Shown here: one piece after another, positions 42,951 through 53,680 of the stretch
Position numbering within the stretch: position 1 is the stretch's first letter
Layout of the letters: each line of letters opens with the position of its first letter
NCBI GenBank assembly: GCA_050298595.1
Contig: JBNKUM010000076.1
Coordinates: 32,001-96,000 of the forward strand
Reading direction: 5' to 3'
DNA: 64,000 nt
Origin: Gammaproteobacteria bacterium
GTDB taxonomy: Bacteria; Pseudomonadota; Gammaproteobacteria; GCA-001735895
The notes under the pieces: model-generated
The model's database searches: none
What the model saw: only the letters and a program-made list of their open reading frames with translations
What the model was told of the DNA's origin: nothing
Made by a program: the position numbers and the translations under genes

Positions 42951-45900
42951 ATGACCCAAAAAAAGAAAGACGCGGACAAGCAAATGATCGAGGACGTAAT
43001 TACCTTAATGAAAAAACAGGTTAAGGCAAGCCAGCACGCCCTGATTGAGAAATTCATCCGCAAGTACTACTACGACACTGCAAAAGAAGACCTGGCAGAA
43101 AGTAAAGCTGCCAACCTGTATGGCGCAGCACTAAGTCACTGGAACTTTGCCCATACTCGCCAACTGGGCAACACTCTGGTACGTATATACAATCCTCAGT
43201 TTGAAAAACACGGCTGGCAATCCACCCACACAGTGGTTGAAATCGTGATTGACGACATGCCGTTTCTGGTCGACTCAGTTCGTATGGCGCTAAATGCACG
43301 CAACCTGACAACTCACCTGGTGATACATCCTGTTATCAATATCCAGCGCGATAACCATGGGCACATTGTTGACATACTGGAACACGACGTAGAACAGGAA
43401 GGCGCTCATGAAGAAGCATTCCTGCATGTAGAGGTTGATCGCCAGACAGAAAAAGACGTGCTTGAAGCGATTAGAAAAGACGTTGAATCAGTGCTGTCGG
43501 AAGTAACAATTTCGGTACAGGACTGGATGCCAATGTGCGGCCAGATGCAAAGCATTATCGACGAGATAAAAGCCAAACCCCCAGCTATAGATAACGAAGA
43601 ACTGATTCAGTCTCTCGCTTTTCTGGAATGGATCAGCAATAACCATTTTGCTTTTCTGGGCTATCGGGAATACCGACTCATTAACTCCAATGAACTGGTT
43701 TCAGTTGCTGATTCAGGGCTGGGGCTTTTGCGTAGTGAACTACCCGATCTAGCGTCAAAAAGTTTTGCATCTCTACCACTGGACATCCGAAAACTGGCAC
43801 ATGAAAAGCATCTGTTATTAATCACTAAGGCCAGTCGACGCAGTACCATACACCGCCCTGGATACCTTGATCATATTGGCATTAAACGCTTCGATGAGAA
43901 TGGAAATGTCATCGGCGAACGTCGCTTTCTGGGATTATATACAGCCGCTGCATACAATAACCGAGCGGCAGAAATACCACTGCTGCGCGAGAAAATGGCA
44001 TCAGTCATGAAACGGGCCGGTCACTTACGCGGCAGCCATGCAGCCAAAGCCCTGTTGAATATTATCGAGACCTTTCCGCGCGATCTATTGTTTCAAATCG
44101 ACAGTGATGAACTGTATCAAACCACCATGGGCATCCTGCATTTACAGGAACGCCAGCGCATCCGCCTGTTTATTCATCGCGACCTCTATGGACGCTTCTT
44201 CTCCTGCATGGTGTATGTGCCTAGAGAGTTATTCAATACCAAGGTGCGCAAGATAATCCACGGCATTCTGATGGAAAACCTGGGCGGCGAAGGTATTGAA
44301 TTTAATGTCCATTTAACCGACTCGATACTGGCGCGCCTGTATTTCGTGCTTCATGTATCTCCGGAATCAAACCCGGAATACGATATCGCCGACATTGAAA
44401 AACAGCTCAAGGAGGCTACACGCAACTGGGCGGACGATCTACATGATGCACTGATCGAAGGCTTTGGCGAAGAACTGGGCATGAAGTATTTTCGTCGCTA
44501 TGGAGATGCATTCCGTTCCGACTATATCGACCACTATTCACCGCGCACTGCCATCTACGACATCCAGCACATGGAAACCCTGATGGATGAATCCACACAG
44601 CTTGCGATGAGCCTGTATCGCCCGCTGGAAACTCCCGACGGTGTTCTTCGCTTCAAGCTATTCCACATGAATAGTCCCGTATCCCTGTCCGATGCCTTAC
44701 CGATGCTGGAAAACATGGGCCTAAAGGTAGAAGAGGAACACCCCAGTAAAGTCATACGCGCAGACGCATCACTGGTCTGGATGCACGATTTCAGTATGCA
44801 TTACCCATCAAACTGGCAGGTAGAGCTGGATCAGGTACGAGAAAAATTTCAGCAAACCTTCATCAGAATATGGCGCGGCGAGATTGAGAACGATGGCTTT
44901 AATCGCCTGGTATTACGCTCCGAGCTTGACTGGTGCGAAATCGTCATGCTACGCGCCTATAGTCGCTACCTGCATCAGGCTGGCACACCCTTTAGTGCCG
45001 AGTACATTGAACGCGCGCTGTCATTCAACCATGACATAACAGCACTACTGGTCAAACTATTCCATGCCCGCTTCGATCCGCAGCATCATGAAAACTCTGC
45101 CGTCGTATGCAACGAGCTGGTCAACGAGATTGAACACCTGCTGGAAGACGTTGTGAGTCTGGATGAAGATCGCATACTGAGAAACTTCCTCTGCCTGATT
45201 CAGGCCACTCTGCGTACCAACTATTATCAGCTACAGCAAGATGGATCACCCAAATCGTATGTATCGTTTAAGTTCGACCCGGCGCTGGTACCCGATCTGC
45301 CAGAGCCACGCCCAATGTATGAAATCTTCGTTTACTCTCCCCGTGTGGAAGGTGTACATTTAAGAGGCGGACCGGTAGCTCGCGGTGGATTACGCTGGTC
45401 TGATCGCCGGGAAGATTTTCGTACCGAAGTACTGGGGCTGGTAAAGGCGCAAATGGTCAAGAATGCGGTCATCGTTCCGGTAGGGTCTAAGGGAGGTTTT
45501 TTCCCCAAACACTTAGGTGTCATGCTAGACCGTGAAGCGATACAGGCCGAAGGTATAGCCTGTTATAAAACCTTTATTCGCGGCATGCTGGATATCACCG
45601 ATAATCTGATCAGCGGCGAGATACAACCTCCGCCGCAGGTGGTACGCTATGACGGCGACGACCCTTATCTGGTGGTTGCAGCGGATAAGGGCACTGCCAC
45701 CTTTTCCGACATCGCCAATTCCATATCAGCCGAATACAACTTCTGGCTGGGTGATGCCTTTGCCTCAGGTGGCTCACAGGGATACGACCATAAAGCCATG
45801 GGCATCACCGCAAAAGGTGCCTGGGAATCGGTAAAACGACATTTCAGAGAGCTAGGGCTGGATACCCAGACCGAAGCTTTTACTGTTTTAGGTATCGGCG

Positions 45901-47855
45901 ATATGGCTGGTGATGTATTTGGCAATGGCATGCTGTTATCGCGCAAAATCAAGCTGGTCGCTGCATTTAATCATATGCATATCTTTATTGATCCTGACCC
46001 CGATCCTGAAACCAGTTTTGTGGAACGTGAAAGACTATTTAATCTGCCTCGCTCCAGCTGGGAAGACTACGACAGTAAACTCATCTCGAAAGGTGGCGGT
46101 ATATATTCCCGCTCATCCAAGTCTATCTCATTGACTAAAGAAGCACGTGCTTTGCTGAACACCAAAAAAGATAAAATGACACCAACCGAATTGATCAAAA
46201 CCATGCTCAAAGCCCCGGTTGATCTATTATGGAACGGCGGCATAGGCACCTATGTAAAATCCTCTCATGAACAACATAGTGATGCAGGTGATCGTAACAA
46301 TGATGCACTACGAGTAGATGCCACAGAGCTTGGCTGTCGTGTAGTTGGTGAAGGCGGCAATCTGGGGGTTACACAACTAGGCAGGATTGAATTCGCCTCA
46401 AAAGGCGGGCGTATTAATACCGATGCGATTGATAATTCCGCCGGGGTAGACTGCTCGGATCACGAAGTAAATATAAAAATCCTGCTGAATGCTGTGGTTC
46501 AGAATCAGGATATGACCGAAAAACAACGCAACCAGCAACTTGCCAAAATGACCGACGAGGTAGGCGAACTGGTATTGCGTGACAATTACCTGCAAACTCA
46601 GGCCTTAAGCATAGCCCTGAGTCAAACCGTGCCATTGCTGGATGTGCATGCTCGCCTGATCAGACAGATGGAACTGGATGGGGAACTGGATCGCAGCATT
46701 GAGTTTCTACCCGGCAAGGAAGAAATCGATGAGCGCATGTCGTTGAACAAAGGATTAACCGCGCCCGAACTTAGTGTATTGCTGGCGTATGTGAAAATAC
46801 ATTTATTCCAGCATTTACTGACTTCTGATCTACCGGACGAGGAGTATTTCGCCTCCTTACTGATAGAATACTTCCCTACCCCACTACGCAAGCGCTTTGA
46901 GCAATTAATGCCATCGCATCGTCTGTGCAGGGAAATCATCAGTACCGTGGTCGCCAATGAAATGGTCAATCGCGCTGGAATTTCATTTGCCTTCCGCCTC
47001 AAGGAAGAAACCGGCGCCAATGCCGAAAGCATTGCACGAGCATTCAGCGTAGCGCGTGAAATCTTTGCCATGCCATCCATATGGCAACAAATAGAAAGTC
47101 TGGATAATATCGTTCCTGCACAAACCCAGATCTCAATGCTACTGGAAACCCGAAAGCTGGTGGAACGTGCCTCACGCTGGTTGCTGCGCAACCGCTCTCG
47201 ACCTATCGATATCAGCAGCAACATCAGCTATTTCACCCAGGGCATTCATACCCTGAGCATTGCACTACCTGATTTGCTCGGCACATCCAGTAAGCAGGAC
47301 ATGCTACAAACCATCGAGCGACTGATTTCTGAACAGGTACCCGCTGAGCTAGCACAAAGTGTTTCACTATTGACCGAGCTACTAGCCTCACTGGATATAG
47401 TTGAAGTCGCTAATGGACTCAACCTGTCCGTTGAACAGGTAGCCTCTGTGTATTACAAACTGGGTGATCAACTGGAGCTTCCATGGCTGCACCATCAGAT
47501 AGTCAGCCTGCCACGCAATAACCGCTGGCAAGCTATGTCGCGCGCAGCACTGCGAGATGATATCTATAGCCAGCACCGTCAACTCACACGCGATGTGCTA
47601 TTGCATGGCGACAGCCAGGACGATGCTGAACATCTGGTACAGGAATGGATGATTAGCAATGCTGACGCCATAGATCGCTGTCGCCAGATACTGTCTGATT
47701 TAAAAACAGCAGGTAAGGCTGACTTCGCCATGCTGCCGGTTGCGATGCGAGAGATAAGAGGATTGAGTCTGATCGGTAATACGGAATCGGTTACAGAACC
47801 CCCACATGCTGAATCGAAAAAGACGACCGCTAAAACTAAACCTGGTAAAAAATAG
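42951..47855 (+). CDS. gdhB: Large NAD-specific glutamate dehydrogenase
   Basis: GVHLRGGPVARGGLRWSDR, VKNAVIVPVGSKGGF, YLVVAADKGTATFSD, GIGDMAGDVFGNG, EGGNLG, DNSAGVDCSDHEVNIKI; about 1630 aa. Confidence 0.96.
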   Translation: MTQKKKDADKQMIEDVITLMKKQVKASQHALIEKFIRKYYYDTAKEDLAESKAANLYGAALSHWNFAHTRQLGNTLVRIYNPQFEKHGWQSTHTVVEIVIDDMPFLVDSVRMALNARNLTTHLVIHPVINIQRDNHGHIVDILEHDVEQEGAHEEAFLHVEVDRQTEKDVLEAIRKDVESVLSEVTISVQDWMPMCGQMQSIIDEIKAKPPAIDNEELIQSLAFLEWISNNHFAFLGYREYRLINSNELVSVADSGLGLLRSELPDLASKSFASLPLDIRKLAHEKHLLLITKASRRSTIHRPGYLDHIGIKRFDENGNVIGERRFLGLYTAAAYNNRAAEIPLLREKMASVMKRAGHLRGSHAAKALLNIIETFPRDLLFQIDSDELYQTTMGILHLQERQRIRLFIHRDLYGRFFSCMVYVPRELFNTKVRKIIHGILMENLGGEGIEFNVHLTDSILARLYFVLHVSPESNPEYDIADIEKQLKEATRNWADDLHDALIEGFGEELGMKYFRRYGDAFRSDYIDHYSPRTAIYDIQHMETLMDESTQLAMSLYRPLETPDGVLRFKLFHMNSPVSLSDALPMLENMGLKVEEEHPSKVIRADASLVWMHDFSMHYPSNWQVELDQVREKFQQTFIRIWRGEIENDGFNRLVLRSELDWCEIVMLRAYSRYLHQAGTPFSAEYIERALSFNHDITALLVKLFHARFDPQHHENSAVVCNELVNEIEHLLEDVVSLDEDRILRNFLCLIQATLRTNYYQLQQDGSPKSYVSFKFDPALVPDLPEPRPMYEIFVYSPRVEGVHLRGGPVARGGLRWSDRREDFRTEVLGLVKAQMVKNAVIVPVGSKGGFFPKHLGVMLDREAIQAEGIACYKTFIRGMLDITDNLISGEIQPPPQVVRYDGDDPYLVVAADKGTATFSDIANSISAEYNFWLGDAFASGGSQGYDHKAMGITAKGAWESVKRHFRELGLDTQTEAFTVLGIGDMAGDVFGNGMLLSRKIKLVAAFNHMHIFIDPDPDPETSFVERERLFNLPRSSWEDYDSKLISKGGGIYSRSSKSISLTKEARALLNTKKDKMTPTELIKTMLKAPVDLLWNGGIGTYVKSSHEQHSDAGDRNNDALRVDATELGCRVVGEGGNLGVTQLGRIEFASKGGRINTDAIDNSAGVDCSDHEVNIKILLNAVVQNQDMTEKQRNQQLAKMTDEVGELVLRDNYLQTQALSIALSQTVPLLDVHARLIRQMELDGELDRSIEFLPGKEEIDERMSLNKGLTAPELSVLLAYVKIHLFQHLLTSDLPDEEYFASLLIEYFPTPLRKRFEQLMPSHRLCREIISTVVANEMVNRAGISFAFRLKEETGANAESIARAFSVAREIFAMPSIWQQIESLDNIVPAQTQISMLLETRKLVERASRWLLRNRSRPIDISSNISYFTQGIHTLSIALPDLLGTSSKQDMLQTIERLISEQVPAELAQSVSLLTELLASLDIVEVANGLNLSVEQVASVYYKLGDQLELPWLHHQIVSLPRNNRWQAMSRAALRDDIYSQHRQLTRDVLLHGDSQDDAEHLVQEWMISNADAIDRCRQILSDLKTAGKADFAMLPVAMREIRGLSLIGNTESVTEPPHAESKKTTAKTKPGKK

Positions 47856-47870
47856 CTATAGGTGAAAAAT

Positions 47871-47902
47871 CCAGCCTGGCCGTCCAAAGCCAGGCTGGCT
47901 TT
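47871..47902. terminator. GC-rich hairpin between convergent genes
   Basis: CCAGCCTGGC-N8-GCCAGGCTGG then CTTT. Confidence 0.6.
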
Positions 47903-47966
47903 ACAGACATTGACCGCCATTCTGAATGGATGCAGCTAATGGCTGCCCCCCCTGTTATTTCTTATC

Positions 47967-49661
47967 TCAGGCTGACGTCAATTGCTCCCCATCACCTCTG
48001 AGCTTATTGACAGCCAGCACCGCCTGATTCTTGCCCTGGGCCTTGGCCTGATAGAGCGCTTCATCAGCCTCCCGCAAAAGATCTTCACCTTCGCGCCCAT
48101 GTACCGGGTAGATAGCCATACCCACAGAGATACTCATGCTGCCAACGTTGGCATCCATTATATCCAGAGTGAGGCGACGCACCCGTTCACACAGCCGCGC
48201 GCCCAGTTCCTTCACACTCTTCTCATCCAGATCAGGACAGACCAGGCAGAACTCTTCTCCACCGTAGCGACTAAGAGTATCTTCAATGCGGATGCATAGT
48301 TTCATCTCGCTGGCCACCTGTTTTAGCACTGTATCTCCCAGATCATGGCCGTAGGTATCATTAAAGAGCTTAAAATCATCGATATCAATCATAAGAACAC
48401 AGGCCGTGGACTTGTTACGAGCGGCTCGCCCGATAATCTGAAACAGAGACTCCATCATATAGCGCCGGTTGAACAATCCGGTAAGGGGATCACGGATCGC
48501 CTGTTGTCGTAAATCTACACGTAACTGCAAACTGGCCAGAATAATGGACATCTGCTCAGCCAGTGTCTGCGCCATCTTGATATCCTCGGCTCGCCAGTCT
48601 GGCGCATCGGTAAGAATGGTAAAGGTCCCCAGGCTTTCGCCCTGTGCCACAAGGGGAATACACAGGCTTTGGGAGAAGGACTGGGATTCCAGGTGCTGGC
48701 ACAGCATTCTCAGATCATCTTCGTTGGAACGATGACTACGTCCCTTGCGCATAGCCCAGCATTGATCGGGGGCAAACTGCTCTGCACCCTCCCATGTCTC
48801 ACCCCAACTGACCAGTAACTCTTCCATATTACGCGAGGCCTTGGTGATATAAACCCCACCACTGGTTCCCGGGAGGATACGCTCGACGATGAGCTGGATT
48901 ACATCGCCAGCCTCCTGCATGCTGCTGCAGGCACCCAAAGAACTACCAAGCCGCTGCAGCATAGCGATATCCTGGGTGCGATTTTCCACCTCAAACTCCA
49001 GTGCTTCGGTGGCCTCGGATAGTTGGCGTGACAGCTGCCCGGACTGCAGTACTCCGACCCCCAGGATGGAGAAGATGCCCAGGATGGCAACAACAACAAA
49101 GGCAAGCTGGATTGGATACAATTGCTTGCCCACAGCCTCCATATCTATAGCCGCACGCACCACATGGAAAAGGCGTGGAGCCTCTTCTTCATGCGAGCTG
49201 TCTGCATGCGGTTTGTCGATGTGGTCTACGGCACCCCTCAGTCTTACCGCAACATAGAGCATTTCATTATCCAGAGAGGCGCCAGGGCGTTGAGCTATGC
49301 CCAAATCTGTGTTCAAAGCTGCCTGAACCTCTGGTCGATGAAGATGGTTGTCCATCTTGCTCAGCTGCGTAACCGATATCGCCGAATCACCAACAATCAG
49401 ACCATCGGACCTGATGATGCTAATTCTCCTGTTGCTAGATCTCCCCAACTCATCCGCCACCGCATCCATATCATGGATATCATCATTGACGCCATGCAGC
49501 GAAATAGCGAAGGCCGCTGTATTAGCAGAATGGGTCAGGTCTTCCAGTATGTGGCCTCGAACCTGATTGGTGACATAATAGTCAAGGGCATACAGCAGCA
49601 CAGCAGTCACGCAGATTACTGCCAGGGTGGGAGTGACCGCCAGTCTGAACCGCATATCCAT
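47967..49661 (-). CDS. Membrane diguanylate cyclase: periplasmic sensor, GAF-like domain, GGDEF
   Basis: 2 TM; CWAMRKG...CIPLVAQGE GAF; RDPLTGLFNRR; RIED I-site; YGGEEF. Confidence 0.92.
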   Translation of the reverse strand: MDMRFRLAVTPTLAVICVTAVLLYALDYYVTNQVRGHILEDLTHSANTAAFAISLHGVNDDIHDMDAVADELGRSSNRRISIIRSDGLIVGDSAISVTQLSKMDNHLHRPEVQAALNTDLGIAQRPGASLDNEMLYVAVRLRGAVDHIDKPHADSSHEEEAPRLFHVVRAAIDMEAVGKQLYPIQLAFVVVAILGIFSILGVGVLQSGQLSRQLSEATEALEFEVENRTQDIAMLQRLGSSLGACSSMQEAGDVIQLIVERILPGTSGGVYITKASRNMEELLVSWGETWEGAEQFAPDQCWAMRKGRSHRSNEDDLRMLCQHLESQSFSQSLCIPLVAQGESLGTFTILTDAPDWRAEDIKMAQTLAEQMSIILASLQLRVDLRQQAIRDPLTGLFNRRYMMESLFQIIGRAARNKSTACVLMIDIDDFKLFNDTYGHDLGDTVLKQVASEMKLCIRIEDTLSRYGGEEFCLVCPDLDEKSVKELGARLCERVRRLTLDIMDANVGSMSISVGMAIYPVHGREGEDLLREADEALYQAKAQGKNQAVLAVNKLRGDGEQLTSA

Positions 49662-50160
49662 ATCGATTTTCCCTCAACTTTTATGAAATGATTCTAGGCC
49701 TTTATTAGGGCCAGCAGACTGAAATATGGACCGCTACCAGCAAAATATCAAGGGGCGTGACTGTCCTTTGTTTATCAGGCTTTTAGTTTCACAGGAGTAT
49801 AGAAAGGATCGCAATAGCGTTACTTGTCAATCACACTTCATAAGGAGTCAGACTCCATACACGTTAATAGCTGCCGATTAAAAACCGTTAGTGTTTTTCA
49901 TGGTCATGCTTTAAGCGCTCGGCTATCCCGTCCTGTTTGCTGGTAACTGACTCAACTAACCCGTTAAATAGTACAACGACAGCAAGTAACTGATGCTTAT
50001 CGAGCTTCTAAACCCGATTACGGCGCGAAGGGTCAGTCATTAGATTTATGATCAGGAAGTTTTTTTATCACTCCTATACTTCTCTCGTTTATCTATACTA
50101 AGTGGTAAATATATTGAAGGATGGAATGGACGTGAGAAAAATGAATATCTGGAGGATATT

Positions 50161-51996
50161 TTGGAAATACTGGATGTAATCAGGGTTATCAGCTTCAGAT
50201 CAAGCCTGTTCGTACGTATTTTCTCCACCACTGTGGTGGTTATCTGCGTGTTATTCGCGATCATGTATGTACTGGCTGTCCCATTCATCCAGACTACCGT
50301 GGGAGGGATCGAGAAGAACGAGGCGCACACCATTTTGAATGGTGTCTACTCGATGGTGGAACAAACCCATCTGGATATCGAAGATTATCGCCACTCCATC
50401 GTTCTGGAACGCAAGGAGCAACTTCGCAACATTATTTCAGTAGCCGAAGCGCGCACTACAATTCTCGAAGCCCAGGTGCACAGTGGGGAACTCAGCAGGA
50501 CGCAGGCCATCAAGATATTGCTGAATGAACTGCGCCACATCAAATATGGTCACGACGATTACATCTGGGCGGCGAATTACCATTCCGTACTAATCTCACA
50601 TCCAGACCCGAAGTTGAACTATGCTGACTTCTCAAACGAGCGGGATTTTCACGGCAATCTGATTGTGCCTCCTATGGTAGCGGGGGCCAGGACTATCGGG
50701 GAAGGTTTTCACTCCTACTGGTGGCGTCGACTGGGTGAACAGCAACCTATTGAGAAACTCAGCTACTACAGGCACATCCCGTTCTTTGATCTGGTTATAG
50801 GCACAGGTGTCTATATGGACGACATAGAAAACACCGTGAGCCTCAAGCGAAACCTTGCAGTCGAGGAGCTGCGTCATCAGTTACGCAACACCCATATCGC
50901 CAGAACCGGCTATGTCTATATCTTTGATGGGAACAAGAACATGGTCATCCATCCCAACCCCAACATCGAAGGCAAGGATTTCTCCGAACAGCTCAATCCG
51001 TCCACGCAACAGCCGATCGGCCAGCAATTGATGTTGTATGCCGACAAAAAGGATGGAATGCGCTACCTGTGGGACCGCCCTTCCGATCCCGGAAACTATA
51101 TATACGACAAGATTTCCTGGGTGCGCTATTTCAAGGAATTTGACTGGTACATCTGCAGCTCAGTGTATGTCGGCGAGCTTGATGAAAGCGCGCTCATTCT
51201 GAAAAACCGGGTGTTGGCGATATTTGCAACTACCCTGATATTTTCCTTCCTGCTGGTGTATATGTTTGTGAAGAAACTGACGACTCCATTACACCAATTG
51301 GGCGATACTGCATTGCGAGTGGAAAACGGTGATCTTGATGCGCGCTGCGATGTGAACCGGAGCGATGAGATAGGCGTTGTGGTGACAGCATTTAATGGCA
51401 TGGTAGATCGCCTGCAGGATAACATCATGCATCTTGATGCCAAGGTCGTGGAGCGTACCAATGAACTTCAAATACTAAATGGTAAGCTCGAAGCATTGAG
51501 TTCGACAGACGGATTAACGGGCATCGCAAACCGCCGACATTTTGATAAGGTGCTATCGAGTGAGTGGAGCCGCGCGGCGCGCCTGGGGCAGCCTCTGGCA
51601 CTGGCAATGCTTGATATAGACTGGTTCAAAAAATACAACGATCATTATGGACACCTGGCGGGCGATGAATGCCTGCGCAGTGTTGCCAGCTTCTTTACTT
51701 CCAACATCAGCCGCAACAGCGATCTGGTTGCGCGCTATGGCGGAGAGGAATTCGCTTTTATTGTGCCTGCAACTGACGGGAGTAGAGCACTGAGTATGGC
51801 GCGAAAAGTTTGCGAAGCACTTTATGCATTAGCACTCCCGCACGAACTGTCCCCCTATGCAAGTGTAACCGTGAGCATCGGTATCGCGGCAATGGTTCCA
51901 CAAAAAATAGATGCTCCGAATATTTTATTGAAGGCAGCAGACGAGGCACTGTACCGAGCCAAGGAGCAGGGACGCAATCAGGCTGTACTCGCATAG
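50161..51996 (+). CDS. Membrane diguanylate cyclase: two Cache domains, HAMP, GGDEF
   Basis: YGHDDYIW...HP...IGTGVYMDD; TGYVYIFD...HP; HAMP (DEIG); DGLTGIANRR; RNSD; YGGEEF; TTG start after GGAGG. Confidence 0.92.
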   Translation: MEILDVIRVISFRSSLFVRIFSTTVVVICVLFAIMYVLAVPFIQTTVGGIEKNEAHTILNGVYSMVEQTHLDIEDYRHSIVLERKEQLRNIISVAEARTTILEAQVHSGELSRTQAIKILLNELRHIKYGHDDYIWAANYHSVLISHPDPKLNYADFSNERDFHGNLIVPPMVAGARTIGEGFHSYWWRRLGEQQPIEKLSYYRHIPFFDLVIGTGVYMDDIENTVSLKRNLAVEELRHQLRNTHIARTGYVYIFDGNKNMVIHPNPNIEGKDFSEQLNPSTQQPIGQQLMLYADKKDGMRYLWDRPSDPGNYIYDKISWVRYFKEFDWYICSSVYVGELDESALILKNRVLAIFATTLIFSFLLVYMFVKKLTTPLHQLGDTALRVENGDLDARCDVNRSDEIGVVVTAFNGMVDRLQDNIMHLDAKVVERTNELQILNGKLEALSSTDGLTGIANRRHFDKVLSSEWSRAARLGQPLALAMLDIDWFKKYNDHYGHLAGDECLRSVASFFTSNISRNSDLVARYGGEEFAFIVPATDGSRALSMARKVCEALYALALPHELSPYASVTVSIGIAAMVPQKIDAPNILLKAADEALYRAKEQGRNQAVLA

Positions 51997-52016
51997 CTAT
52001 AGAGTGAAGTTATAAT

Positions 52017-52847
52017 CTACGCCCTCATCAAGCGCAAATAATTCCCCATCAACATCAATATACCCCCGATCAACAGCGAGATTTCAAACGCTTCGTTGTA
52101 AAGCAAGACACCCACCAGAGCTATCAGCGGAAGACGCAGGAAATCTATCGTAACAATTAACGTTACCTCTGCATATTGCATGGCCTTTGCCATGCAGAAA
52201 TGCGCCGATATTGCGCTTAGTCCGATGGTGACAAGCCAGACCCATTGCAGCTGATCGGGCCATTGCCAGTCTGCCAGCGATAGCAGCAGCCCTATGGGTA
52301 ACTGGACTATGCACATAAAGAAGATGACCGTTAGTGGCTTCTCGCTGCTGGAAAGCTGCTTGGTAGTCGAATGCACAACGGCAAAACAGAGTGCGGCACC
52401 GAGTACTATCAGCGAAGCCGAATTAATGATAGCAAATCCCGGCTTGACGATGACCAGCACCCCAATCATACCGAGAATTATCGCAGCCACTTTCCTGGGT
52501 GTTATCTTCTCATTTAGAAATAGCGCTGCAATTATCAGGGTCCATAAGGGGACCGTGAATTCGAGTGCAAATACCTCGGCCAGTGGCAATACTCCTATCC
52601 CCACAAACCAGCCATATTGACCAATAAAATGAAAAACATTTCTGAACACATGCAGGCCAATACGTTTTGAATAAACCTGATCACCTTTATTACGCAGGTA
52701 CATGATCAGGCCTATAACAATCAGGCCAAATAGACTGCGAAAAAACAACGTTTGATAGATGGATAATTCACCGCTTAACTCTCTGGCCCCTATAGCCAGT
52801 AAACTAAAAGACAGCAGTGCCGCACACATCCATAGCAATGCCTTCAT
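52017..52847 (-). CDS. DMT/EamA family transporter
   Basis: About 10 hydrophobic segments, FFRS, LEFTVPLW, FLNEK, duplicated halves. Confidence 0.9.
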   Translation of the reverse strand: MKALLWMCAALLSFSLLAIGARELSGELSIYQTLFFRSLFGLIVIGLIMYLRNKGDQVYSKRIGLHVFRNVFHFIGQYGWFVGIGVLPLAEVFALEFTVPLWTLIIAALFLNEKITPRKVAAIILGMIGVLVIVKPGFAIINSASLIVLGAALCFAVVHSTTKQLSSSEKPLTVIFFMCIVQLPIGLLLSLADWQWPDQLQWVWLVTIGLSAISAHFCMAKAMQYAEVTLIVTIDFLRLPLIALVGVLLYNEAFEISLLIGGILMLMGNYLRLMRA

Positions 52848-52915
52848 TCAGTAATGCTCATTTCACCGAAACTATCCTTTATCATTTCATTCACAGACAT
52901 TATCTGATGACTACC

Positions 52916-53611
52916 TTAATTTATTTTCAATTCCTGACCCGGCTGTATGGTATCGCTGCTCAGCCCATTAAGCGATTTTATGGTTGCAACCGGTATACCC
53001 AGCGTGCGCGATATCTTCCACAACGAATCACTCGCTTTAACTTTATAGGTTGCAGGTATCAATAAAGGCGAACTATCATTCTGCGCACTATCTGCATCTT
53101 CATCATCATGGATTTTATACTCGATTAAAAACTGAGCCACATCGAAACAGGGGCAGGCCTTGGCGGGTGCGCCTGTTAATCGAATCAAATCTCTATGTCC
53201 CAGTATGGTTACCCTGTCAGGCGTTTCGTGAGAGGCGAGAAATTCTCGAATCAATCGCGCAAGCGTTTGATATTGCTTGCGTGTAAAGTTATCTTCCGGC
53301 CTGCCATTGGCATCCAGCCCACCGGCCAGACTCACTCCAAAACTGCGCTTATTCCAGCCGGGACCACAGCCCCCCACATGCGCACCTTTCTGATCTACCG
53401 CTCGGGTCGGAAACCCCTGATCGAACATTTCCAGTTTACCTTCACGCGTAATCACAGCGTGATAACCACAACCGCTCCAGCCGCGTTTTTTATGTTCCTC
53501 GTCCACCCATCTGGAATCGATATTTTTCTGACTTACCTTAGTCGCCGTACAATGTACGACCAGGTGATCATACGGGGTGATACGTGGATCGATTTTCTTG
53601 AAAATTGCCAT
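52916..53611 (-). CDS. T7-lysozyme-like N-acetylmuramoyl-L-alanine amidase with C-terminal LysM
   Basis: VVHCTAT, GW..CGYH, GAHV, GHRD, KACPCF; LysM YKVKASDSLWKIS...I.PGQ.L. Confidence 0.9.
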   Translation of the reverse strand: MAIFKKIDPRITPYDHLVVHCTATKVSQKNIDSRWVDEEHKKRGWSGCGYHAVITREGKLEMFDQGFPTRAVDQKGAHVGGCGPGWNKRSFGVSLAGGLDANGRPEDNFTRKQYQTLARLIREFLASHETPDRVTILGHRDLIRLTGAPAKACPCFDVAQFLIEYKIHDDEDADSAQNDSSPLLIPATYKVKASDSLWKISRTLGIPVATIKSLNGLSSDTIQPGQELKIN

Positions 53612-53680
53612 CGCTTTATCCCTGTTTTTTTTGACCGGAATACAGAGTAACCTAGCGCCTTTTAAATGTTAAGCCTTACC

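Noticed and set aside
49662-50160. c-di-GMP riboswitch between the two cyclases
   Set aside because: No GGCAAAC...GAAA...GACGCAAAGC core found by eye on either strand
52916-53611. Prophage
   Set aside because: No integrase, structural, terminase or holin genes; flanked by DMT and GNAT genes
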